DNA from: Squalus acanthias
Lineage: Eukaryota
NCBI GenBank assembly: GCA_030390025.1
Contig: CM059445.1
Coordinates: 55,924,001-55,988,000, forward strand
Reading direction: 5' to 3'
Length of the DNA: 64,000 nt
The notes beneath the pieces were generated by a model. It did no database searches, was not told where the DNA came from, and was given only the letters and a program-made list of their open reading frames with translations. The position numbers and the translations under genes are program-made. Below are positions 11,924 to 23,335 of this stretch, in pieces. Numbering within the stretch: position 1 is the stretch's first letter; each line of letters begins with the position of its first letter.

Positions 11924-13627
11924 CTTCTAATAGGAGGACTCAGAGTTTATAAATGATCCCTCGCTCCAGCATTGCTAACACTCGTGAGTCACCTGTGATT
12001 TATGGAAGTGTTCAATGCTTGCAAATTACACGTGACAATTTAGACATGTGGGATAAATCACAGGACCCGCAAACGTCAACTCGCTGCCGTTTTACATTTC
12101 GTCAAATAGCACATTCTCAGTGTTCTGTTGTTTTTCGCCTCGGCGAGTGAAAGTACAAAAATAAATTGTTTCCGGATGTTCACGTCGCCTGGTCCGAGCT
12201 TGGAGCAGTTGGTAGCACTCGCGCCTCCGAGTAGAAGGCTCAAGCTCTACTCCCTGGCTTGAGCCCATACTCTAGGCTGAAACTTCAGCGCAGTCTCGAG
12301 GGCAGAGTTGCCATCGCTGGATGGGCATATTCCACACAGCCTCCTGCCTCTAACTGCCCCGCCTCCACCCCACTCCTCCATTGGTCACTCAAAACAACCT
12401 CCACCTTCCCTCACCAATTGGAAAGCGAACAGACTCTTCATTATCCAGTTGGATTATTCTTGACTGTCAGTCAAACAGCCTTTCTCCCTCGCCCCCCCCC
12501 ACCATCTCCAATATTTTTATAACTAATAAACAGAAATATTTAAAAAAATGAAAACAACACTTTTTTTCTAATGCCTCCTATGATTTTCCACCTGGGTTGC
12601 TCCCAGCAGTGTCCTGGAGATTAAAGGCGCTATGTAAATATTGGTGTCATCCCACAGCATTCAAACCAGGATTGGCAACTCAGTGAGGGGGAAGGGGGTG
12701 GGCGTGCAGGTGGGATTGAAGCAACCTCTGTTCTGGCGCCGTACACTGATGTTCCAACATGTTCAGCCACCAACTAAAGTTTTGCTTGTAATCCCCCCTC
12801 CCCTCCCAGTGCGTGTTCTGGTTTATATGTATAGCTTGCTAAATGTTAGACATCAGTATGGAGATACTAGATATGTGCGTGCATGACGACATCATGGTGC
12901 GTGATGATGTCATCACCAATACGCCCTCGGACGCGCCCCCCCCCTCCCCCTCCCCTGTAAGATTGGCAGCAGCCAGGAAGGCCCAGTGTAAAACTGGTCT
13001 AAAACAATCGCAGGACACCAAAGCTACAGGAAGCCAGTGCCTGAAGAAAAATATAACTTTTTTATTCGTTCACGGGATGTGGGTGTCGCTGGCAAGGCCA
13101 GCATTTATTGCCCATCCCTAGTTGCCCTCGAGAAGGTGGTGCTGAGCCACCTTCTTGAACCGCTGCAGTCCATGTGGTGAAGGTGCTCCCACAGCGCTGT
13201 TAGGGAGGGAGTTCCAGGATTTTGACCCAGCGATGATGAAGGAACGGCGACGGTGTGTGACTTGGAGGGGAGCGACTTAAGAAATCACAAGGAACTGGTT
13301 CAAAAAAAAACCCAAAGAGAACATTTTTCTTTAATAAACTCTCACTGGAACGTTCAGTTTATATTTCCAGATAAATTACCAATAACCTGAAAAATGACCT
13401 GTTTAACGACTCTTCCAACACGAATACTATCCTCAGGCTGAGGTAACCATGCAGCGGTTTGCTTCCTTCAAAAGGATCATCACTTCAAACACTGACCTTT
13501 CTGACTTAACAGATTTCAAAGTAGCAAATACCACAGCCTCAATAAAACCAGATGATAAATCTATCATATGATTTCAATGTTTTATAATAAAAAGTAATTT
13601 TTTTCCCCATCTTTTGCTTCCCCTCAG

Positions 13628-13708
13628 CCACCGGAGCCTTTGAGCAAACAGCGAGTTTCGCTGCCATGAAAGTTGCTTTGCTTCAGCCGAGACCCAGTCC
13701 GCCCTTGG
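13628..13708 (+). CDS. Uncharacterised gene A, short symmetric coding exon
   Basis: long pyrimidine tract then ccctcAG, ttgg|GTaagc donor; 81 nt, phase 1 to 1, TGAFEQTASFAAMKVALLQPRPSPPL. Confidence 0.6.
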
Positions 13709-13782
13709 GTAAGCATCGTCAGCGGTTAGATGGAGCTTTTGATTCTCAAGTGTTGCTGATGCACAGGTTTACAGTGCAGTTT

Positions 13783-14088
13783 AGAAACATAGAAACATAG
13801 AAGATAGTAGCAGGAGTAGGCCATTCGGCCCCTCGAGCCTGCTCCGCCATTCGATGAGATCATGGCTGATCATCCAAACTCAGTACCCTGTCCCTGCCTT
13901 TCTCCCCATATCCCTTGATACCTTTAGCTTTAAGAAATATATCTAACTCATTCTTGAATATATTTAATGACTTGGCCTCAACTACCTTCTGTGGTAGAGA
14001 ATTCCACAGGTTCACCACTCTCTGGGTGAAGAAATTCTTCCTCATTTCTGTCCTAAATGGCTTACCCCTTATCCTTAGATTATGACTT
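13783..14088 (-). mobile_element. CR1 LINE 3' end
   Basis: RKNFFTQRVVNLWNSLPQK on minus strand with tail. Confidence 0.85.
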
Positions 14089-14578
14089 CTAGGGGTCTAT
14101 TTTGCTATTGAGCAGGCTGGGCAGCCAAGCCACATTTGCCAATCTTTCCTATTACATAGAATTGCCGAGAATTTACAGCACAGAATCCGACGTTTATGCC
14201 CCGCATGAACCTCCTCCCACCAATTTTCCTTTAATTTTTTTGGGTGCCCGGCCCCTTTAAGGGACTGTGCGGCCCATTCAATTTTTCCTATTTAAAAGCC
14301 GGTGAGCCGGCTGCGTGGGAGCTGCAGAGTGCTGCGCGGCTGCGCTAGGCTGGCACTTCAGTGTCTTGAGGGAGTGTTGCATTGTCAGAGGTGCCACTTT
14401 TGAGATGAGACATTAACCGAGACTCTGTTCTGCATGTTCAGATGAACATAAAAGGTCCTCCCTCAACCGGCACCACCCAAAAACAGATTGATCATTCATC
14501 TCACTGCTGTTTGTGGGACATTGCCTTGTGCAAATTGATTGTTGCATTTTTCTATGTAACAACACTTCAGACTCCTTG

Positions 14579-15458
14579 GGGGAGAAATTCAGTATCGCCC
14601 CATTTGGGGCGCAATTATCGGCCGGGCGCAAAGTTTAGCGCCTGGCGCTAATTATCGCCTCCGACTGCAAACTTGGCTTCTATTGCCCCTGGAGGTGATT
14701 GGAGCACTAAGTCAGGCGCTTCACACCTGTCTTAAGGCGCAAAGGCCGAGGAGCGAGGCGCTACCTCAGAGCGCTGGCGAAGCTCATGTGATGTCAGTCA
14801 GCAATGGAACACAGACACACTGGCGCCGGCCAGTTCTTAAAGGGGAGGGTTGATCTTGCTCTCCTGCTCATTGCAGCCTTGAATCTCGGCCTGGAGAGAC
14901 CTGAACATCAAATCTGCTGGAAAGAATAATGGAGAGTACCAGGGAAAGAGCTCAGAGTGCAGCCCCCCACAGTCTCTTCTAAATCGATACAAGGAAGGGC
15001 AAATCAAAATGAACCTGCAAAGTGCTGCTCAGTACCCAAAACTCCTTCACACAGCGTTGAATCTCTCCAGAAGTCTCTCTCTCTCTCAGAATGCATGGTG
15101 CAAAAATGTCACCAACAAAAAAAGGAAGGAAGCGGTCGCCTTTAAATAGCGCTCCCCCAGTCCCTTCCCGACTGCAAAACGCTCCCTCAACCTGTTGTTG
15201 CTAGCGGCAGGCGGTAAGGCAGGGGGCGCCACTCAATATCCGGTGCGGGGCGCTACCGGGGCGTTACACACTCGACTGACGTCACGATCTGCCGGCGCAG
15301 GAGATCGTGGCGGTAGTGTTTAGCGCCGCCGCAAAATATCTGATTAATTTTGTGAGCGGCGCAAACATCTCTGCGCACGGGCGCTAGATGTTTTGCGCCC
15401 CATTAGCGCCCTCTTAAGGCGCTAACGCGAGGCGCAAACCAACTGAATCTTTCCCCCC
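14579..15458. mobile_element. PIF/Harbinger-like non-autonomous element inserted in a Deu-SINE tail
   Basis: TIR GGGGAGAAATTCAGT / ACTGAATCTTTCCCC, TSD TTG; GC-rich interior related to 4399-5926. Confidence 0.7.
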
Positions 15459-15919
15459 TTGGATCTGAAGCACTTTGGGACATCTTGTGAATGTGTTAAG
15501 GCCCATTTAAAGGAAAGATCTTTCTTTTGAAAGAAAGAACATATAATGGGTTACAACAGCAAATTTCCCACAGGAATTGAGCGTAAAAATGCCTCGGCAA
15601 ATAGTCCATAAAATGAATACTGTCTTCAAACCTTAAGCAATGCAGAGGATTCCCCAAAGTACCTCAATGGCCCAATTAGAATGACCAACATGCGGTATGG
15701 CACATAATAAATGTGAAGTTGGCTTTGGGAAGGGGACCTAAGGGTAAGACTTGCCTTCCAAAAAAAAGTACTGACTGGGAAACAGCTCAACTCATCTGAA
15801 TAAACCTGTGTTCAACTTAGCTGCCTGGCCCAGAGGTGCATTTGAAGAGCAATATGGAAATTTTGTGTAATCGGGTTTCTGTTACCTTGACTTAATAGTA
15901 GATCTTTTCATGCTTGCAG

Positions 15920-16072
15920 AGCAAGACTGGGCCAAGCTGCTGCCACAATCTCCACTCTTCAAGCTCCTGAAGGAAATAAATGAACATCTGAAAGCAAATC
16001 CAGAAGCAGAAAAGCTTTCACAGGCTAAAGACCATCAACAGGGCACAAGTCAAATCGAAGACAAATACCAAG
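15920..16072 (+). CDS. Uncharacterised gene A, coding exon
   Basis: tgcttgcAG acceptor, caag|GTacag donor; QDWAKLLPQSPLFKLLKEINEHLKANPEAEKLSQ...; phase 1 to 1. Confidence 0.78.
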
Positions 16073-16254
16073 GTACAGCGACTTAATAACTGATCAGTCC
16101 AGAGGCAAGTGTGAAACCATCGAACTTAACTGGAATATTCTTTGAGCAAACTAAAAATTCTGATCTTGAACTTATGTCATTTCTGGTGAAAGAAACCTTT
16201 TGTCTGATACTCTCATGGGCTAGTCAACTGAAACGAGGTACCGTTTCATTACAG

Positions 16255-16406
16255 AAACAGGCAGACCGTACATTGATATTATGGACGCACAGTGGACATG
16301 CGAAGGAAATCTGGCACCGTTGACTCTTGAGAAGATTTCAGTGACCGAGCTGGTTGTCTATCGTTTTGGAATCTTCATGGTTCAGCTGGTGACGAGATCA
16401 ATCAAT
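16255..16406 (+). CDS. Uncharacterised gene A, coding exon (alternative in-frame start at 16261)
   Basis: cattacAG acceptor, aat|GTgaga donor; RPYIDIMDAQWTCEGNLAPLTLEKISVTELVVYRFGIFMVQLVTRSIN; phase 1 to 0. Confidence 0.8.
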
Positions 16407-17160
16407 GTGAGAGTTTCTTGTGGCTTTAGTGATAATAAGGGGGGAAACTAACCGGAATCCTGCACACTCACTGTCTTGAAGTCAAGATTCATCATACTCT
16501 ATTTTACTCAAACTCGTTCTTTCCTAAGATCTCAAAACTATGAAACTTGTTAACCTCCCTCAGTCTTCCTTCATAGTTGCTGGTGGCTTTCTTTTCCACT
16601 GAGACAGCTAAGAGGGGATTTAATCATGGTTTTCAAAATTATGAAAGCTTTCGAAAGGGTAAGTACTGAAAGATTGTTTTTATTGGTTGGCGAATCGGTA
16701 ACAAGGGGGCATAGACTGAAGATTCTCATTAGAAGAGCAAAGAGGGGAGTTAGAAGTGTTTTCACCCACACAGGGTCATTAGAACATGGAATGCTTCACA
16801 ACAAGTTACTACTACTAAGACAGAGCATCATTGAAAAAATGAAACTGGATATTTGAAAAGCAAGCATATAAAAAGGAAATTAGGAAAGAGCTGGGAGATG
16901 GAATTAGAGTAGATAGCTCCAGTTGAAGAGCTAGCATTGGCTAGCGCCATGGTGTGTGATGGGCTGAATGGCCTCTTCTGTCCTATCATTTCTATGGTTC
17001 TGTTCAGGATTTTAAACTATGATCTTGGCATCGCTTAAATGCTATTTGCTGAGTTAGCATGTCTTTTCTCTTGTGAAGACCCATGTAAGAACTGGGACGT
17101 CATTCTTTCTGAGAAACGTCCCTTATAGTGTAAAGGTGGCTCATTGGATCCAAATCTTTT

Positions 17161-17328
17161 GGGGGCAATTTTAACCTAACTCAACCATCAGGTGCAATGC
17201 CGGTTTTACACTCACCTCAATTTTACTCTTCATTGAAGTCAATGGAGTAATATTGGGCTGGGTGTTAAACTGGCGTTCCACCCGATCCCGTGGGTTTTCC
17301 GCCCGGCGAGGTAGGTTCAAATTGCCCT
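17161..17328. mobile_element. Small MITE (Harbinger-like ends)
   Basis: GGGGCAATTTTAACCTA ... TAGGTTCAAATTGCCC, internal near-palindrome cattgaagtcaatg. Confidence 0.55.
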
Positions 17329-17393
17329 CATTATCTCTAGCTGTTACTGTATGTCACGTAACATGACAGTAATATTTTCACATTTCTTTAAAG

Positions 17394-17480
17394 GCGCCAG
17401 AGATCAATCTGCTTCTTGCCTCCAGTTTGCCGACCAACAATTACACACGCAATGCTTTCCGCAATTCCTTCTTCTATCAG
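17394..17480 (+). CDS. Uncharacterised gene A, coding exon
   Basis: tttctttaaAG acceptor, cag|GTatgt donor; APEINLLLASSLPTNNYTRNAFRNSFFYQ; phase 0 to 0. Confidence 0.85.
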
Positions 17481-17934
17481 GTATGTAACTCGTGGTAATT
17501 TATTCCTCTACCAGCAACTGAACTGGGAAGGGACGGAACCTCCGCCCATCCCTCACAAGGCCAATGGTGTCAGGGGCAGGAACAGGAACAGGCACTTGCT
17601 ACGCTGGGGGTTCCCACTTGCCGGCTCAGTGGGAGGCCAGTGTGCTGACTGAGGTGAGACGCACCAGCCTCCAGATGGGCCCAACTGGGTGAGGGAGCAG
17701 GGGGTAGGGGAATGAGAGTCCACTTGAGGGATCAGCATGGGCGCCTAATGAAAAGGCCAGTTTTTGCGTACCCGTTTGCCCAGGGAGTTAAGAGAGGTAC
17801 TTTCAGGTCTTGGGGAGGGGATCTGGGCAACCCTATCCAATGATCATGATGCGGAGATGCCGGTGTTGGACTGGGGTGGACAAAAGTGAGAAGTCGCACA
17901 ACACCAGGTTATAGTCCAACAGCTTTATTTGAAA

Positions 17935-17971
17935 TCACAAGCTTTCGGAGCGCTGCTCCTTCGTCAGGTGA
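17935..17971 (-). ncRNA. Minimal hammerhead ribozyme motif (family A), opposite strand
   Basis: exact reverse complement of 17974-18010. Confidence 0.75.
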
Positions 17972-17973
17972 CA

Positions 17974-18010
17974 TCACCTGACGAAGGAGCAGCGCTCCGA
18001 AAGCTTGTGA
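17974..18010 (+). ncRNA. Minimal hammerhead ribozyme motif (family A)
   Basis: complete CUGACGA / GAAA / CUU core with stems I and II. Confidence 0.75.
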
Positions 18011-19149
18011 TTTCAAATAAAGCTGTTGGACTATAACCTGGTGTTGTGTGACTTCTCACTTCTATCCAATGATGGCCAGGCAGCAGAGTTGTTGGCAGCA
18101 CGGGGCAGCTGGGCAATGGAGATGTGCCCATAGTGGCGTTGGCACCCACCGGTCCTTATAGAATTGAGGTTGCCTCCTACTGACCCCCAAAACTCCCAAC
18201 GGGATCAGCACCAGAGGGAACTGGCAGATGAAATCCCAGCGCAGCCACCGGACTCACGGCCCACAAGTCCCTAATATATACAAGTAGCATAACCCAGCAA
18301 ACGAGAATGTAACATGCTTCAGGAAAAGATTCTTCTCTTGTCGCACAAGAAGTGCATATATTTTATTTTTTGTTTAAGTCCTCTCCCCGGTATAATAATT
18401 AAAAAAATTAAAAAAGCCTCACTATCTGACACAAAACTACATGGCAAAACCCATCATCCATTAAGTTGGTGCGAAGAAAAATCTCTGTATATAACTGCGG
18501 AGATTTCCTGACGAGCAAGTTTCCCAGATTTAAAATATTTCTAAACGGATATAATGATGTTTTTGGCCAGTTTATTGGCACACTGCATTTTCACTGACTA
18601 GACCAGAGTTTCGATCCAGCCCAGTACAATCCAATCCAGTCTTCCTCATTGCTGGTCGTAGGGTGTCATGTAAACTATCGGTCTTCGCACAGTTCATTGT
18701 GGTGTGGGCCGACAGCACAGAACTGCCCACAAACTGGCACTTTCACACAAATTGTCTAAGAGTGGCTGATGTAGAAAAATTAAAAACAATCAGGTTGGTG
18801 CAGTAGGAGCTGCTCTTCAGAGGATGGTTTTAAGTAATGTTGAACTTTATCGATCCCACGCTGTTACTAACTCAGAGTGGTTGATGCTGATGCTCGATGT
18901 CCAAGCTCCCTAGCCCTGACCTTCGCCTTGATGTGCACGATATATAAAATTTAGAATCAGGCTTTTCACCATCGAATAGGCCGGATTAACTACTAACCAA
19001 CTAGTATAAATGCGAAAACTGCTGATGGCTTCACGCTTCTGGCTAGAGATGTTGGGGAAATGTTATGTCTTCATTGCATGAGCTGGAATCTGGCAAAGCG
19101 GATTGCCCACCCTTTATGGAACCCGTCCGATCTTCATTCCATTCAGATG

Positions 19150-19550
19150 TGACAACAACAACTTGTATTTATATTGCGCCTTTAATGTAGGCGCTTCACA
19201 TGAGTGTCATAAAACAAAATTTGACACCGAGCCACATAAGGAGAAATTAGGGCAGGTGACCAAAAACTTGGTCAAAGAGGTAGGGTTTAAGGAGCGTCTT
19301 AAAGGAGGAAAGAGAGGTAGTGAGGCAGAGAGGTTTAGGGAGGGAATTCCAGAACTTAGGGCCCTGGCAGCTGAATGTACGGCCGCCAATGGTGGAGCAA
19401 TTAAAATTGGGGATGCTCAAGAGGGCAGAATTAGGGGAGCGCAGAGATCTCGGGGGGGTTGTGGGGTTGGAGGAGATTACAAAGATAGGGAGGGGAGAGG
19501 TCATGGAGGGATTTGAAAACAAGGATGCGAATTTTGAAATCGAGGCGTTG
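19150..19550 (-). mobile_element. L2-type LINE 3' tail
   Basis: PRSLRS...GGRTFSCQGPKFWNSLP...FKTLLKPYLF with (TTG)n end; similar at 56985-57260 and 61965-62405. Confidence 0.75.
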
Positions 19551-19754
19551 CTTAACCCAGTTTTAACTCCGTCAAAATTTGGTTCCAATCTGGTTAGCCT
19601 AACTTGCTAGAAGCTATGGGCGGAAAGAAAATAAATGTTCCGTTCTTTAGCATTGTTCTTCATGAGCTCAACACAAACTAGAAACAATTTTACTTTTGAT
19701 TGGGTATTGTAGCTTCAAAGGTTATAAAGTGACAGTCAAAGCTTTTTATTCCAG

Positions 19755-19901
19755 CATTCTCAGAAAACGCTGTACATTCGCCGACAGCGACTGGCATCTG
19801 TGGGCGACTTCTCCCTCCTCCTGGTTCACTGTTTGGCTCACCTCACTGCAGACGAGCTGAGTGATGACTCCAATCCTCTGTTCCTCAAGCTCTTTCACCA
19901 G
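19755..19901 (+). CDS. Uncharacterised gene A, coding exon (HxxxH motif)
   Basis: ttttattccAG acceptor, cag|GTattg donor; HSQKTLYIRRQRLASVGDFSLLLVHCLAHLTADELSDDSNPLFLKLFHQ. Confidence 0.85.
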
Positions 19902-19982
19902 GTATTGCTGTACAGTTTTGTAGCGACATAATTAAATTCGACACAGACAAAACCGGGATTGAACAGTAAAGGCAGCCACTTT

Positions 19983-20393
19983 CCAGCCTTCTGGACTCAA
20001 CATCGAGTTCAACAATTTCAGACCATAACCTCGACCCCTATGTTTTCATTTTTCTCTCACAGGGCAGCTGTTGATGATTCTGCCAGTGCCATTTACACCT
20101 CATCTAGAGTCATCTTTTGTTTCTTAACTTGTCCCATTACCATCTCCTTTTGCCTCGCACCATCATCCCTTTTGTCTTTTAATCTCTCCTGCCTTCCATC
20201 CTATCACAGACCTTCCCTTTGTTCTTTCCTCCCCCTCCCCCCTTTCCCTGCCCCCGCACTTGCTTAAAAATCTGTTACTTCTCCAACTTTTTCCAGTTCT
20301 GACGAAGGGTCATCGACCTGAAACGTTAACTCTGTTTCTCTCTCCACGATGCTGCCTGACCTGCTGAGTGTTTCCAGCATGTTCTGTTGTTGT
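19983..20393 (+). mobile_element. Penelope-like element 3' fragment (family B)
   Basis: QPSGLNIEFNNFR ORF end; 16-bp TSD TAAAGG(C/T)AGCCACTTT. Confidence 0.82.
20295..20331 (+). ncRNA. Minimal hammerhead ribozyme motif (family B)
   Basis: agtt-CTGACGA-ag-ggtc atc gacc-t-GAAA-CG-TT-aact. Confidence 0.7.
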
Positions 20394-20476
20394 TAAAGGT
20401 AGCCACTTTATTGATTTATACATTCTTCTCAGGCAGTCAAATCTGAAATCAAATGCCTATTGTGCTCTAATCCCAG

Positions 20477-20674
20477 GCGTTGAAGACCTTGTTCCAGGAC
20501 ATGTTCTTCACCAGACTCCGGATTCCTCCTGCCTTGCATGCACATGAGCTGAGGGCTTCCACATGGGACAACCTATTCCGAAAAGAAATCTACCCGGAAA
20601 TCTATACAGACGCAATTTCTGATTTACTAAATGTCAAGCTGAAGGACCCAGAAATCTTGGCATTTGTTGCGGAG
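20477..20674 (+). CDS. Uncharacterised gene A, coding exon
   Basis: ctaatcccAG acceptor, gag|GTaatg donor; ALKTLFQDMFFTRLRIPPALHAHELRASTWDNLFRKEIYPE...; phase 0 to 0. Confidence 0.8.
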
Positions 20675-20984
20675 GTAATGGTTGTGTTTTTAATTCAACA
20701 GAACATAGTTTTAAGGCAAGAGTGCAATAACAATTTGACTACTTCCTTGGTTTAAAGAAATTCTGAGCTCCACAAAGAAGTCGGTATAAAGAATGAAAGG
20801 CTTGCATTTACACAGCACCTTACCACCTTATCGCTCAAAAACATCACAAAGCCCTTTGCACATGATGAATTACTTTGAAATGCAGTGACTGTTAGGGAGG
20901 CAAAGGTGGCATATATTTTGCACATAGCAAGATCCCACAAACAGCAATAAGAACCTAAGAAATGGAATGGGCCATTTGGCCCTT

Positions 20985-21880
20985 TAGAAACATAGAAACA
21001 TAGAAAAATGGGAGCAGGAGTAGGCCATTCGGCTCCTCGAGCCTGCTCGCCATTGAATATGATCATGGCTGATCCTCTATCTCAATACCATATTCCCGCT
21101 CTCTCCCCACACCCCTTGATGCCTTTTGTGTCTAGAAATCTATCTATCTCCTTCTTAAATATATGCAGTGACTTGGCCTCCACAGCCTTCTGTGGTAGAG
21201 AATTCCACAGGTTCACCACCCTCTCAGTGAAGAAATTTCTCCTCATCTCAGTCCTAAATATCCTACCCCATACTCTGAGACTGTGACCCCTCGTTCTAGA
21301 CCCCCCAGCCAGGGGAAACATCCTCCCTGCATCCAGTCTGTCCAGCCCCGTCAGAATTTTATACATTTCAATGAGATCCCCTCTCATTCTTCTAAACTCT
21401 AGTGAATACAGGCCTAGTCGACCCAATCTCTCCTCATACGACAGTCCTGCCATCCCAGGAATCAGTCTGGTGAACCTTCGCTGCACTCCCTCTATGGCAA
21501 GTATATCCTTTCTTAGGTAAGGAAACCAAAACTGCACACAGTTTGAGCCTGCCCCGCCATTCAATAAGATCATGGCTGATCTTCTACCTCAACTCCACTT
21601 TCCCGCCCAATCTCCATATCCCTTGATTCCCTTAGTGTCCAAAAATCTATCGATCTCTGTCTTTAACATACGCAACGACTGAGCCTCCACAGCCCTCTGG
21701 GGTAGAGAATACATAGAATCATAGAAATTTACATAGGATTACATAGGATATACGGCACAGGAACAGGCCATTCGGCCCAACCAGTCCATGCCGGCGTTTA
21801 TGCTCCACTCGAGCCTCCTCCCGTCTTTCCTCATCTAACTCTACCAGCATGGCACAGAAGGAGGCCATTCGACCATTCCA
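20985..21880 (-). mobile_element. Cluster of nested CR1 LINE 3' fragments
   Basis: CVQFWFPYLRKDILAIEGVQRRFTRLIPG ORF remnant plus several tails. Confidence 0.88.
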
Positions 21881-22281
21881 ATAAGATGAATGACCAGTTC
21901 ACCTGTGTTTGGTGCTGTTGATTGAGAGTTAAATGTGTATATTCATACCACGTGAAACTGTCCCATTACAACATGGTGACATCTCGCAACAAGTTCCTTA
22001 ACGTTAAGGCAGTGCCCAGTTCACTGATGGAAGGACGTTTCAGGAGCAATTCCTGATGTCTCTAAGAACCTGAGACTTCACAAAGTGAATGGAAACGGCA
22101 AGCCAACCGAAAATGGTAAATGTACAGATCAAAGCTTCTTGAAAAAATTTTTGTAAATTAATCCAAAGAGGCCCAATTTGGATTCATACTTCAGATTCTT
22201 CACTGATCCAAAGTAATATGCTCTTGTGAGGAAATTGTTCTTCAGTGACTTGCTAAATGGAGCAACATGCATATTTTTCAG

Positions 22282-22391
22282 CACCTGCCGCAGCGCAAAA
22301 AAACTGGGAACGGCAACACAACTGGGACCACAGTGAAAGACCAGCGAGCTGAACGTCTTCAGGGCCAGAGTGAAACACAGAAGAATGAAGG
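22282..22391 (+). CDS. Uncharacterised gene A, penultimate coding exon
   Basis: atttttcAG acceptor, gaagg|GTacac donor; HLPQRKKTGNGNTTGTTVKDQRAERLQGQSETQKNE; phase 0 to 2, which is the phase the last exon needs. Confidence 0.6.
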
Positions 22392-22555
22392 GTACACCGA
22401 CACTTAGGATGTATCCAGCTTTAAAGCAATAGGACCTATCAAATGACTGCATAAAGTGTCCAATGATTAATATTAACCTGTAACTATAATACTCAGCATT
22501 TCTTTATTCAGGGTATATTCTTTAAGTAAATCATTTGTTACAATGTAAACATACT

Positions 22556-23335
22556 ATACCCCTATATATCACCATATTGTGGTGTACCCCTGTATCACAG
22601 TGTATCGTGGTGTACCCCTGTATGACAGTGTATCGTGGTGTACCCCTGTATGACAGTGTATCGTGGTATACCCCTGTATCACAGTGCATCGTGGTATACC
22701 CCTGTATCACAGTGTATTGTGGTATACCCCTGTATCACAGTGTATTGTGGTATACCCCTGTATCACAGTGCATCGTGGTATACCCCTGTATGACAGTGTA
22801 TCGTGGTATACCCCTGTATCACAGTGTATTGTGGTATACCCCTGTATCACAGTGTATCGTGGTATACCCCTGTATGACAGTGTATCGTGGTATACCCCTG
22901 TATCACAGTGTATTGTGGTATACCCCTGTATCACAGTGTATCGTGGTGTACCCCTGTATCACAGTGTATCGTGGTGTACCCCTGTATCACAGTGTATCGT
23001 GGTGTACCCCTGTATCACAGTGTATCGTGGTGTACCCCTGTATCACAGTGTATCGTGGTGTACCCCTGTATCACAGTGTATCGTGGTGTACCCCTACAGT
23101 GTATCGTGGTGTACCCCTATATATCACCATATTGTGGTGTACCCCTGTATCACAGTGTATCGTGGTGTACCCCTGTATCACAGTGTATCGTGGTGTACCC
23201 CTGTATCACAGTGTATCGTGGTGTACCCCTGTATCACAGTGTATCGTGGTGTACCCCTGTATCACAGTGTATCGTGATGTACCCCTGTATCACAGTGTAT
23301 CGTGGTATACCCCTGTATCACAGTGTATTCTGGTA
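22556..23335. repeat. 28-bp minisatellite
   Basis: about 27 tandem units of TGGTGTACCCCTGTATCACAGTGTATCG with variants. Confidence 0.95.

Larger units (their letters stand above)
17845..18061. mobile_element. Palindromic Penelope-like pseudo-LTR insertion (family A), copy 2
   Basis: 88-bp arms 17884-17971 / 17974-18061; perfect 12-bp TSD CTATCCAATGAT. Confidence 0.85.
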
